A stretch of DNA of 64,000 nt from a virus. Lineage: Duplodnaviria > Caudoviricetes. Positions 34,419 to 43,111 of the stretch are shown piece by piece. Position numbers and translations under genes: made by a program. How positions within the stretch are numbered: position 1 is the first letter of the stretch; each line of letters starts with the position of its first letter. The stretch spans positions 1 to 64,000 of IMG/VR virus record IMGVR_UViG_3300043406_000028. One strand, given 5' to 3'. The notes beneath the pieces were generated by a model. That model searched no databases and was not told where the DNA came from. It saw nothing but the letters and a program-made list of their open reading frames with translations.

Positions 34419-36146
34419 ATGGCAGTCGGAGCCGGTGGCGTTTCCGGTCTTTTCTGGGCACCTCCAGTTGTCTCAGGAAACCTAGCCTCCTGGCTATCTC
34501 CAGGGGTCCTGGTCGATAGTGGCATTGGGCCGACAGGGCCATTCCCACCTTCTGGTGCCGCAGGCGGCGACCTCGCCGGGACCTATCCGAACCCGTCTCT
34601 GGCTACGACGATCAATACGGCGGTGTCGTTCACCGGGCTTGGGGCGACGACGATTGCGGATGCAACGCAATCTACATCAACAACGACGGGTTCGCTGAAA
34701 ACTGCTGGCGGCCTCGGTGTAGTTAAGAATGCCACAATCGGCGGCACTGGAACATTCACTGGTGCCCTAAGAACAAATGCCGAATTGCTGGTAAACAGTG
34801 TCAGCGGCGGTGGAAATATTGCCGCCACAGTGATGTCGGTCAACAACACGGCTGGCACGCTTCAAAATGTCGCATTCTTTGGTAAGAATACGACCATTGG
34901 CCCAGGTCTTTTTGTTCGCTCTAAAGATTCCCAAGTCGATATTTCTTCTAATTGGCTTTTGGCCGGGGCCAATATCGATCTAACGCTGAGTACAGTTGTA
35001 TCTGGCGGAACTCTTACGGAGCAATTACGCGCACTCAGTTCCGGTGGCGTTCAGGTACAGGCCAATCCGATCTTAACCGGACCCGCCGCCGCCACTCTCC
35101 AACTCGGCGCAGCCGCAGCCGACACCACAGGCGTCTCGCAAACCGTCCAAGCCCAAGGCGTCACCACCGGAGGAACGAACAATCAGGCGGGCGGCTCGCT
35201 TACGATCCAGCCGGGCCAAGGCAAAGGCACCGCCACTTCGGTCATCAATTTCGGGGTCTATGCTGCTGGCGCGAGCGGCAACACGCTACAGACCGCGACC
35301 AATCGTTTCATATTGGCGGATGGTTCTGCGGCATCCGGCAAGCTGGCATCGCTAGTCGCAGGCACCCTTGGCGACCAAGCGCAGGCATTCTCGCTCACAG
35401 CGACACAGCCGACGACGCCGACCAACGAGCAGATCGCCACGCAGATTGTCGTCACAAGCGCCGGTAGCGCGAGTTTCGCAAACGATGCGTTCTATCTGCA
35501 ATACGCCGCTGGCTACACCGGGTCTAGCCGCACCACATCGTTTTTGATCGACAACAACGTTGCCGGAACCGGGTCAACCGCGATACCCGCATCTGGATCA
35601 AACAGCGTCGTTGGCAATATGTCGTTCAGTGCCAACACGGCCTCTACGACTACGGGGTTGAATGTTGGTGGTGTAAACCGTGCCGAGGGCGGCAACATCA
35701 ACGTCGGTGTAATTGGCGTTGCACAGAAGGTCAAGAACTCCGCCACCAATATCGGTGTTGTTGGTTCGGCCATCAATACTGGATCGTCGCCGGTCCAGAT
35801 TGGCGGCTTCTTCTCGCTCAACCAAACAACGGTTCCGACTGTCAGTGCCGCAGGTATTTTTGATAACGGCGCGCAGACTGATCCTATCGCACTGTTCCGC
35901 TCAGCCAACACCACACTGGTTAGTATTTTAGACAGCGGGGGCATTGATCTTGGCTCTGGAAGCGATCCTGGCGTGGGGCTTATCTATACAAACAGCGCGA
36001 GTTTCCTGCTGCGGACCAAAACATCGCTGACAGGCGGCGGCACAGGCAACGTCCCTACTCTGACTGCGGGGCCGGTCACAGGCAATCCGACCAAGTGGCT
36101 ACCCTACGACGACAACGGCACAACCAGATACATCCCAGCGTGGTAA
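34419..36146 (+). CDS. Tail fibre/spike-like protein
   Basis: 575 aa Gly/Thr/Ser-rich; GAAGGDLAGTYPNP and STSTTTGSL..AGG.GV fibre repeats. Confidence 0.7.
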   Translation: MAVGAGGVSGLFWAPPVVSGNLASWLSPGVLVDSGIGPTGPFPPSGAAGGDLAGTYPNPSLATTINTAVSFTGLGATTIADATQSTSTTTGSLKTAGGLGVVKNATIGGTGTFTGALRTNAELLVNSVSGGGNIAATVMSVNNTAGTLQNVAFFGKNTTIGPGLFVRSKDSQVDISSNWLLAGANIDLTLSTVVSGGTLTEQLRALSSGGVQVQANPILTGPAAATLQLGAAAADTTGVSQTVQAQGVTTGGTNNQAGGSLTIQPGQGKGTATSVINFGVYAAGASGNTLQTATNRFILADGSAASGKLASLVAGTLGDQAQAFSLTATQPTTPTNEQIATQIVVTSAGSASFANDAFYLQYAAGYTGSSRTTSFLIDNNVAGTGSTAIPASGSNSVVGNMSFSANTASTTTGLNVGGVNRAEGGNINVGVIGVAQKVKNSATNIGVVGSAINTGSSPVQIGGFFSLNQTTVPTVSAAGIFDNGAQTDPIALFRSANTTLVSILDSGGIDLGSGSDPGVGLIYTNSASFLLRTKTSLTGGGTGNVPTLTAGPVTGNPTKWLPYDDNGTTRYIPAW

Positions 36147-36150
36147 TCAT

Positions 36151-36426
36151 ATGACCGACTTCACCCTCTCCATCACCGACCCAGACGCGCTCGATGCGAT
36201 TGACCACATCATCCAGGCCAACGGAACAGGCGAGAAGCCCGAGGACGTGATTAAGGGAATGGTCGAGCCGCAGCTTGTGGCGATGCGCGGCCAGCAAATC
36301 GAGAACGCCGCTGCGGATAAAGCCAAGCAGGACCCAGATATCCTAGCCTTTCAAGCTAGACAAGAAGCCAAAATAGCGGCAAAAATAGAACCAGCATTAA
36401 ATCCAGTAGTAATAGTTCAGCCGTAA
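36151..36426 (+). CDS. Hypothetical protein (possible fibre chaperone)
   Basis: 91 aa directly after fibre. Confidence 0.5.
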   Translation: MTDFTLSITDPDALDAIDHIIQANGTGEKPEDVIKGMVEPQLVAMRGQQIENAAADKAKQDPDILAFQARQEAKIAAKIEPALNPVVIVQP

Positions 36427-36607
36427 ATGGAGGAATCGTGGATCTAACTAAGGATTATAGTCTCACGCTAACTGGGGCCGAGGTCAATTACATTGGCCAA
36501 TTATTGGCTAGCCGCCCCTATTCTGAGGTATTCCAGGTCATCCCTAAGATCCAGGCTCAGGTTGAGGCCCAGAACATAGTTAAACCAGAGAATACACCAG
36601 CAGAATC

Positions 36608-36985
36608 ATGAGCGTTATTTATTCACAATCAATGATTGATGCTCGATTGGACGGCCTTGTTACTGGCCTTGGGGCATTAGCCAATTTGTTACTTTTGGCC
36701 GGAGGAACTACTGTCTCTACCATTCAACTGGCAAGTCCAGTGGGTACAGTAAATGGCGGGGTTTTGACATTCAGCGGGACTTTGCTGGACCCCTCTGCGG
36801 CAGCAACTGGGATAGTAGAAACAGCAATAATCCAGGATTCCACGGGCGCTACAGCAATATCCGGATTAACGGTGGGGATACCGGGTGGCCCCCAGGACAT
36901 AATCCTTAGTAATGGTCTGAATTCTACGCTAATTACGGCAGGGCAGACAGTAGAACTGCTTAGCGCAACAATTACTGGGTCCTGA
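36608..36985 (+). CDS. Virion structural protein
   Basis: 125 aa; AATG...A.IQDS.G..ISGLTVG...DI.L pattern. Confidence 0.65.
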   Translation: MSVIYSQSMIDARLDGLVTGLGALANLLLLAGGTTVSTIQLASPVGTVNGGVLTFSGTLLDPSAAATGIVETAIIQDSTGATAISGLTVGIPGGPQDIILSNGLNSTLITAGQTVELLSATITGS

Positions 36986-36988
36986 TTC

Positions 36989-37948
36989 ATGCCAAAGCTT
37001 ACCGACACAACCAACGATCAGCTTCACAAGCGCGGCCCTGGCCGTCCTCCGAAGGTCAAGACTCCGACCAATGGCGGCCTCCATATCGTCCCGGAGCATG
37101 AGCCGCTCGGTGAGGGCGGATTCCAACTGCCGCCCGTTGCATTTGTGCCACAGGTCAATTATTCGATAAGCCAACAAGAACAAACCAAGAACGATGCCGC
37201 ACTCCCAAAGCAGCCACTGAAGATCGCGCTAATCGGGACGGCCCCATCGAGCCGGATGCTAGCTCCGTATCACGACCCGTCTTGGACCATTTGGGCCTGC
37301 TCCCCAGGAAACATGGGGGCATTACCCCGCGTAGACGCATGGTTCGAAATCCATGGCAGCCTGCTTTGGCCCGAGAACAAGCACTATGGCGAACCCTACA
37401 TCAAATTCCTGAGTGAGCTTAAAATCCCTGTTTACATGCAGGATAAGCGCTATTGCACCAATGCGATTCCGCTGCCGAAGGATGAACTGGTCAAGGAATT
37501 CGGACCTTACTACTTCACCTCGTCCTTCTCCTGGATGATGGCCTACGCCATGCACCGAGGATGTACGGAGATGGCTCTCTACGGCATCGATATGGCGAGC
37601 CGGGACGAGTACATTTTACAGCGTCCTGGGGCCTATCACTTCTTTAATGAAGCCAGGAAACGTGGTATCAAGATCTCCGCTCCGTATGAGAGCGATATCA
37701 TGCAGCCTCCTGGTCTGTATGGATATTCCGAAGTTACGCCGTTCGGGCGCAAGCTGATTGCCCGGAGGCAGGAGTTGAAGGATAGGCTGAACGGGATGCG
37801 CCAGCAGCGCGATGGTCTGACTCAGAACATCACGTATCTTGAAGGTGCGATGGAAGACCTTGATTATGTTGAACAAATTTGGTCTGGGGCTCAGAACAAT
37901 CCGCACCCTGACATGGATTCCGGAAACTACGGAATAGACAAGCCGTAA
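36989..37948 (+). CDS. Sialyltransferase-fold (GT42/GT29/Maf-like) putative glycosyltransferase
   Basis: KIALIGTAPS ... TIWACS ... FTSSFSWMMAYAMHRGCTEMALYGIDM parallels CstII-type IIAGNGPS ... VFRCN ... ITSGVYMCAVAIALGYKEIYLSGIDF (recalled family motifs). Confidence 0.6.
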   Translation: MPKLTDTTNDQLHKRGPGRPPKVKTPTNGGLHIVPEHEPLGEGGFQLPPVAFVPQVNYSISQQEQTKNDAALPKQPLKIALIGTAPSSRMLAPYHDPSWTIWACSPGNMGALPRVDAWFEIHGSLLWPENKHYGEPYIKFLSELKIPVYMQDKRYCTNAIPLPKDELVKEFGPYYFTSSFSWMMAYAMHRGCTEMALYGIDMASRDEYILQRPGAYHFFNEARKRGIKISAPYESDIMQPPGLYGYSEVTPFGRKLIARRQELKDRLNGMRQQRDGLTQNITYLEGAMEDLDYVEQIWSGAQNNPHPDMDSGNYGIDKP

Positions 37949-37958
37949 GGAGGCTTTA

Positions 37959-38510
37959 ATGGCTAACTTCGCTGTTACCAACGGTTCCACCCAGATTGGC
38001 GGAACTGCTGCTGGGTCAACCCAGGCTGCAATGACGACGACCTACAAGACCCTCATCACCATCGGCAATTCTACAGGGTCTCTGACCACAGTTCCGGGCC
38101 AGCTTCGGCGTGGCAAGATCTATGATATTCTTGTCGGCACCAACGGGACCCCCGCAGACAACTTCATGGAGTTCGAGATTGGCCGCATTACCATGGGGGC
38201 GAGCACTGTTCTGGGCGGCGGCATCTCCAGCCTGTCTAGCTGGATTGGACTTGACCCAGCAGACAACACCGGCTGCGTTGCCAGCGTAGGCATGAACAGC
38301 AGCATTGAAACTGCCTATACCTACCTGACCCAGCCTTGGTACGTTGGCATCAACCAGCGCGCTTCGTATCGCTGGGTATCGGCCCCTGGTGGCGAGATCG
38401 TCTATCCGGCAACTTCATCTGCGACCGGCAACAACGGTACCGGCCTTCGATGCCGCTCTGGTGGCTATACCGGCACAGCGACCGGCACCGTCCACTTCTC
38501 AGAGCAATAG
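37959..38510 (+). CDS. Ser/Thr/Gly-rich structural protein
   Basis: 183 aa, AGGAGG SD. Confidence 0.65.
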   Translation: MANFAVTNGSTQIGGTAAGSTQAAMTTTYKTLITIGNSTGSLTTVPGQLRRGKIYDILVGTNGTPADNFMEFEIGRITMGASTVLGGGISSLSSWIGLDPADNTGCVASVGMNSSIETAYTYLTQPWYVGINQRASYRWVSAPGGEIVYPATSSATGNNGTGLRCRSGGYTGTATGTVHFSEQ

Positions 38511-38512
38511 AG

Positions 38513-38767
38513 ATGCGCGAGGGGGGTTATGCCTTTATTTGCGACCCCGTAGAGGGGATTCGAGAGGCATCAACCTTCACCTGCGTCCACTGCAACACAG
38601 TTGTTCATGTCAAGCCGAAGACCAATCCAGACGAATTCGGCAGCATGTGCCGCCTGTGCATGAAAATGGTGTGCAGACATTGCGCGAATCTAGGCTGCAC
38701 GCCATTCGAGAAGAAGCTTGAGATGATGGAGAAGCGCGATATAGCGCTGCGCTCCTATGGGGTCTGA
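38513..38767 (+). CDS. Small Zn-finger protein
   Basis: CVHC, CRLC, CRHC motifs. Confidence 0.6.
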   Translation: MREGGYAFICDPVEGIREASTFTCVHCNTVVHVKPKTNPDEFGSMCRLCMKMVCRHCANLGCTPFEKKLEMMEKRDIALRSYGV

Positions 38768-38769
38768 CA

Positions 38770-39969
38770 ATGCTAAGGGTGCAGTCCCCCGCCGTTATCC
38801 TGCCTCATAGAGGCATTCTACTTCCGCAAAAACGCCTTGAATGGCTTGGGCCATCAACCGAACTGGGAATCCAACGGCGCTGGAAGCTCACTGGCCGTCT
38901 CCACGATGGTCTTATCCGCGATATCCGCTGGTTCGATGATCGGGAAGAGATTGATGCTTTCCTCTCCACACTAGAGCCGGGCCTTCTTTATACGGTCGGC
39001 AGCTTCAGCTTTCTAACTAGCCCGACTGGTAGCAATCAAACCTTCAACGTCCCCAATGACTGGAATAGTGCTGGTAACACCGCAGAAACCATAGGAGGCG
39101 GAGGCGGCGGTAATTCCGCTGCTGGGTTTGGCGGAGCGGGAGGCGGTGGAGCTTATTCAGCGGAGCCCAATGTTGTCCTAACCCCAGGCGGGACGGCGAC
39201 ATACCGCATTGGCGTTCTAGGTCCCCTATCCACAGCCGGTGGCGATTCCTGGTTTAACGGCACGACCCTTGCCGGGGCCTCGGTTGGATCGAAGGGTGGC
39301 TCTCCAGGCACCTCGACTGGAGGCGCTGGCGGCGTAGCCGCGAGTGGCGTCGGCACCACAAAAACCTCTGGCGGCGCTGGTGGTAGTACATCTGGGGCGG
39401 CGGGCGCAGGTGGAGGTGGCGGCGGCGGCGCGGGCGGCGCTCTGGGCGATGGCAAAACCAGCACTATTGGAACCAATGTTGGTGGTTCTGGTGGCGGCGC
39501 AGCCAACAATGGCAGCGATGGTGCGGCTGGTGCCAATGCCGGGGGCACTGGCGGTAATGGTCATGGCGGTACGGGCGGGGGCACTGCGGGTACATTCCCA
39601 GGCGGAGCGGGCGGGAACGGCACTGCAACAACGGGGGCTGGCGGCGGTGGTGGTGGTGGTAATACCAATGCAGGCGGTGGTGCTGGTGGCAACGGGGCCA
39701 CGGGCAACGAGTGGGATAGCACGCATGGGTCTGGTGGTGGAGGTGGGGGCGGTGGTGGAGACAACGGCTCAGGCAACGGCGCGAATGGAGGCGCGGCTGG
39801 CTTGTATGGCGCAGGCGGCGCTGGCCGAGGGACAGGCACTGCAAACGGCAACTCTACTGTAGGCGCTCAAGGCATCGTCGTTCTAATCAACACGATATTT
39901 CAGGGATGGGACGCGGAAATCCCAGAAGTTCGCACACGGCTCTGGCCGCGCATGACGGCGGATTATTGA
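38770..39969 (+). CDS. Glycine-rich tail/fibre protein
   Basis: 399 aa with extended GGxGG runs. Confidence 0.75.
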   Translation: MLRVQSPAVILPHRGILLPQKRLEWLGPSTELGIQRRWKLTGRLHDGLIRDIRWFDDREEIDAFLSTLEPGLLYTVGSFSFLTSPTGSNQTFNVPNDWNSAGNTAETIGGGGGGNSAAGFGGAGGGGAYSAEPNVVLTPGGTATYRIGVLGPLSTAGGDSWFNGTTLAGASVGSKGGSPGTSTGGAGGVAASGVGTTKTSGGAGGSTSGAAGAGGGGGGGAGGALGDGKTSTIGTNVGGSGGGAANNGSDGAAGANAGGTGGNGHGGTGGGTAGTFPGGAGGNGTATTGAGGGGGGGNTNAGGGAGGNGATGNEWDSTHGSGGGGGGGGGDNGSGNGANGGAAGLYGAGGAGRGTGTANGNSTVGAQGIVVLINTIFQGWDAEIPEVRTRLWPRMTADY

Positions 39970-39970
39970 G

Positions 39971-40546
39971 ATGCCGACCCGGATTCTTACTCAATACCAG
40001 CAAAAAGCTGAGCCACCTGCTCAATCTGTTCAGCCCGGACAATCCAACGCGGCCCCGTGGCTTTATCGATGGTCCGAACCAGTCCGCATAAAACCCGGCC
40101 TGAACGCGGCCCTTCAGCAATCTTATACGATGGACCCAAGCTGGATACCGAATCCAGCAAGGCAACTGGAGGGCTGGTATAATTGGTGGTCTGAGCCGGT
40201 TCGGCAAAAGCCAGGACTTGGGGCCGCCAATCAAGCTTTCTTCTTCTATGAAACTGAATTCCCGGAGGATATGGATGTTGATTGGTATCGTCCATTCTCG
40301 GAGCCGGTGCGCTTCAAACAAGGGCTCAGACCCGACCTCCAGCAATTCCTGGCCTATCATCCAAGGATACTGCCTACACCGAACGTGACCGGAGTAATGG
40401 CGGCCACGGAAACCAACACCGATGTATTCTTGGGCGCTATAAACGTATATAGTGGAGGAAGTTCAACGACCTCCGGCGGTCAGGCCAGCGTCTCTGTCGT
40501 CGAATCAGGCCCAGGTGGCGATGGGATCAGCATCGTAGAGAGCTAA
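39971..40546 (+). CDS. Protein with three WxxxxSEPVR repeats
   Basis: WLYRWSEPVRIKPGL, WYNWWSEPVRQKPGL, WYRPFSEPVRFKQGL. Confidence 0.7.
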   Translation: MPTRILTQYQQKAEPPAQSVQPGQSNAAPWLYRWSEPVRIKPGLNAALQQSYTMDPSWIPNPARQLEGWYNWWSEPVRQKPGLGAANQAFFFYETEFPEDMDVDWYRPFSEPVRFKQGLRPDLQQFLAYHPRILPTPNVTGVMAATETNTDVFLGAINVYSGGSSTTSGGQASVSVVESGPGGDGISIVES

Positions 40547-40863
40547 TGACTGTAGTTTACAACAGCGGTCCGATCAATCTGGAGACAGGAAATACTGCGA
40601 ACTTTACCTTGCAGTTTCTTAGCTCGTCTGGAGCTTTGACGGTTCCATCGACCACGAATATGACAATTACCTACACGAATACGTCTAATGCTTCGGCATC
40701 TGAGACGATTACTTTGTCAGAAAGCAATAGTTTCTTCACGGGCACATGGTCATCGACTTCTGCTGCCTTGGGTCTGGCAACATGGCAAGTAACGATGACG
40801 GGAAGCACTGAGATTCAGGCGACCGGGCAGATCCGCGTGCTTCAACGCCAATCGACTCTGTAG
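40546..40863 (+). CDS. Ser/Thr-rich small structural (Ig-like?) protein
   Basis: 105 aa, ~38 Ser+Thr by hand count. Confidence 0.65.
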   Translation: MTVVYNSGPINLETGNTANFTLQFLSSSGALTVPSTTNMTITYTNTSNASASETITLSESNSFFTGTWSSTSAALGLATWQVTMTGSTEIQATGQIRVLQRQSTL

Positions 40864-40872
40864 GAGGCGGCT

Positions 40873-41580
40873 ATTTTCAGCACAGCACAGACCTACTCAG
40901 GCAGCTACAATTTTGCTCCCAGCGGGGGCGAAATCATCATGAATGCCTATCAGAGGATAGCTATCCGCCCGACCGAGTTATTGACCACCCATGTCCAGAC
41001 CGGGGTGATGGAACTAAACCTTCTGTTGGCTAAAATGTCCAACATGCAGCCGAACCTATGGTCAGTGGATTTGCAATCCCTGCCGGTCACACAGGGCACT
41101 GCGACTTATTCCCTTCCTGCCGAAACAGTGATGATCACCAATGCCTACCTCAGCACCGGGTCAGGCACCTCAAGGATCGACCGATTGATCTGGCCACTGA
41201 GCCAGACCGAATACGCCGCGATTGCCAACAAGGCATCGCAGGGCACTCCGACCACCTTCTGGTTCAACCGAACCATATCGCCGACGATCACGCTCTATCT
41301 GACCCCCGATGGCAATGGGCCGTATACGATCAATTATTACCGCGTCAGACAGATCCAGGATGCCACGCTTCCAAGCGGCGTTAACGTCGAAGTCCCGTAT
41401 CTATGGCTGGATGCCTTGGTGGCCGGGCTGGCCCACAGGCTAGCGCGAATCTACCAGCCGCAGCTTGAGCAGATTCGGAAGATGGATGCAGACGAGGCTT
41501 GGACCATCGCAGCAAGTCAAAATGTGGAAAATGTCGCACTCAACATAACCCCAGGTTTGGGTGGATACTTCGTTCGATGA
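40873..41580 (+). CDS. Head-tail adaptor/tail tubular protein; possible ATT start
   Basis: W....QG...Y.LP...I.....R....LSQTEYA.I.NK..QGTPT.FWFNR; GGAGG SD precedes in-frame ATT 40873, first ATG is at 40939. Confidence 0.7.
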   Translation: MFSTAQTYSGSYNFAPSGGEIIMNAYQRIAIRPTELLTTHVQTGVMELNLLLAKMSNMQPNLWSVDLQSLPVTQGTATYSLPAETVMITNAYLSTGSGTSRIDRLIWPLSQTEYAAIANKASQGTPTTFWFNRTISPTITLYLTPDGNGPYTINYYRVRQIQDATLPSGVNVEVPYLWLDALVAGLAHRLARIYQPQLEQIRKMDADEAWTIAASQNVENVALNITPGLGGYFVR

Positions 41581-42401
41581 GACAGCATGGCCGCGCCAAT
41601 ATCAGTCAGATCTACCCAAGGGCGCTGGCCATCTGCGACCGTTGCGGGTTCATGTACAATCATGACGATCTGACTTGGCAGTACCAGTGGCGTGGCACCA
41701 AACTTCAGAATATTCGCTTTCTGGTTTGCGAGACTTGCCTCGACATTCCTCAGGAGCAATTGCGGACCATCATCATCCCGATGGACCCGGTTCCAATCAT
41801 GAATGCGAGACCGGAGGATTACATCAACGCCGACAATCCAATGTCGGCACTTGGATATAGTGCTATCTCCAATACAGTCACCCCAATATCTCAGACTGTT
41901 GGCGGCAGAATCGGCAATCTTCTCGGTGGCGGAGGACTCAATGCCGCCTTCGACGGCAATCCATACAAGCCGTCATGGCAGAGCGCATCCAATACGCTGT
42001 CGAATTCCAGCTACAGCAACTATGTCGGTATCAACTGGAGCGGGGCGAATGCCGCAGATCTTGGCGGTAATTCCGATCTACTGCCTCCGGTTATCCGTCA
42101 TTCCCTGACAAGCTTTACCATCACCGCTCCGAATGACAGATCGTTCCTGGGTACGACTCCGACTGATTACCTGATCCAATCGTCTCCGGTCGATACCTCG
42201 CTCTATGGAGCCTGGACCACGATATCGAGCGGGACCACGGCTGGAACGGCTGGAGAAACCATCACCGGCACCTGCACCGGGGGCAGCGAGCAATTCCATC
42301 GCGTAGCGATTCTCGGCGATGGATTGAATTACGTGTCTATCGCTCAGGTTCAATTCAATGTCGCCCAGACCGGCGAGATAGCGACTGGAGGATCGCCGTG
42401 A
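41577..42401 (+). CDS. Zn-finger neck protein with C-terminal discoidin/CBM32-like domain
   Basis: ICDRCGF...VCETCLD; C-term AAFDG...YLIQSS...WTTI...HRVAI...IAQVQF. Confidence 0.6.
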   Translation: MRQHGRANISQIYPRALAICDRCGFMYNHDDLTWQYQWRGTKLQNIRFLVCETCLDIPQEQLRTIIIPMDPVPIMNARPEDYINADNPMSALGYSAISNTVTPISQTVGGRIGNLLGGGGLNAAFDGNPYKPSWQSASNTLSNSSYSNYVGINWSGANAADLGGNSDLLPPVIRHSLTSFTITAPNDRSFLGTTPTDYLIQSSPVDTSLYGAWTTISSGTTAGTAGETITGTCTGGSEQFHRVAILGDGLNYVSIAQVQFNVAQTGEIATGGSP

Positions 42402-43108
42402 GCTTGAATTACGCCACTTATGTCGCACAGGTATCGAATCTTCTGGTTATCGGCTCCACGGATGCCAATTTCCAGACGATGCTTCCTGGCATGATCGACT
42501 ATGCGGAGCAGAGAATCTACCGTGAGCTTGATCCTCTTTATTCCCAGGTAACGGATGCAACAGCGTCAGTCTCATCCGGCAATAGAGATTTTACCCCGCC
42601 TACAGGAATTGGCACTTTCATCACTATCGATAGCTTCAACATCATCACGCCGGTCGGCACGACTTCATCTAATGGAACGAGAGTCCCGCTGACTCCGGTT
42701 TCTCCTGAAGTCATGGATGCCTTCTGGCCCTCAGGTCAGACCGCCACAAGCGTTCCGTCGATGTATGCGATGCGATCACCAACGACCGTTCTTCTTGGCC
42801 CAGCCCCGGACGCCGCCTATGCAACGGAGGTGATTGGCATCCAGCGTCCAGCCGCCTTGAGCAGCGCCAACTCCAGCACCTTCCTGACGCAGTATTGCCC
42901 AGATCTACTGATCGCCGCCTCGATGGTCTTCGGCTTTGGCTACATGCGCGATTTCGGCGGGATGACCGACAATCCGCAGGCCGGAGCTTCGTGGGAGTCG
43001 CAATACAAGACTCTATTCCAGTCGGCTGGAATGGAGCAGGCTCGCGCCAAATGGGAGAGTGATGGGTGGACATCCCAAGCCCCGGCACCGGCTGGGAAGA
43101 GGAACTGA
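42398..43108 (+). CDS. Tail adaptor/tubular protein
   Basis: IDYAEQRIYRELD, LLGPAPDAAY..E, PDLL..ASM. Confidence 0.75.
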   Translation: MSLNYATYVAQVSNLLVIGSTDANFQTMLPGMIDYAEQRIYRELDPLYSQVTDATASVSSGNRDFTPPTGIGTFITIDSFNIITPVGTTSSNGTRVPLTPVSPEVMDAFWPSGQTATSVPSMYAMRSPTTVLLGPAPDAAYATEVIGIQRPAALSSANSSTFLTQYCPDLLIAASMVFGFGYMRDFGGMTDNPQAGASWESQYKTLFQSAGMEQARAKWESDGWTSQAPAPAGKRN

Positions 43109-43111
43109 TCC

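Noticed and set aside
39153-39862. Several overlapping Pro/Ala-rich ORFs
   Set aside because: Alternative-frame and antisense shadows of the glycine-rich gene 38770-39969
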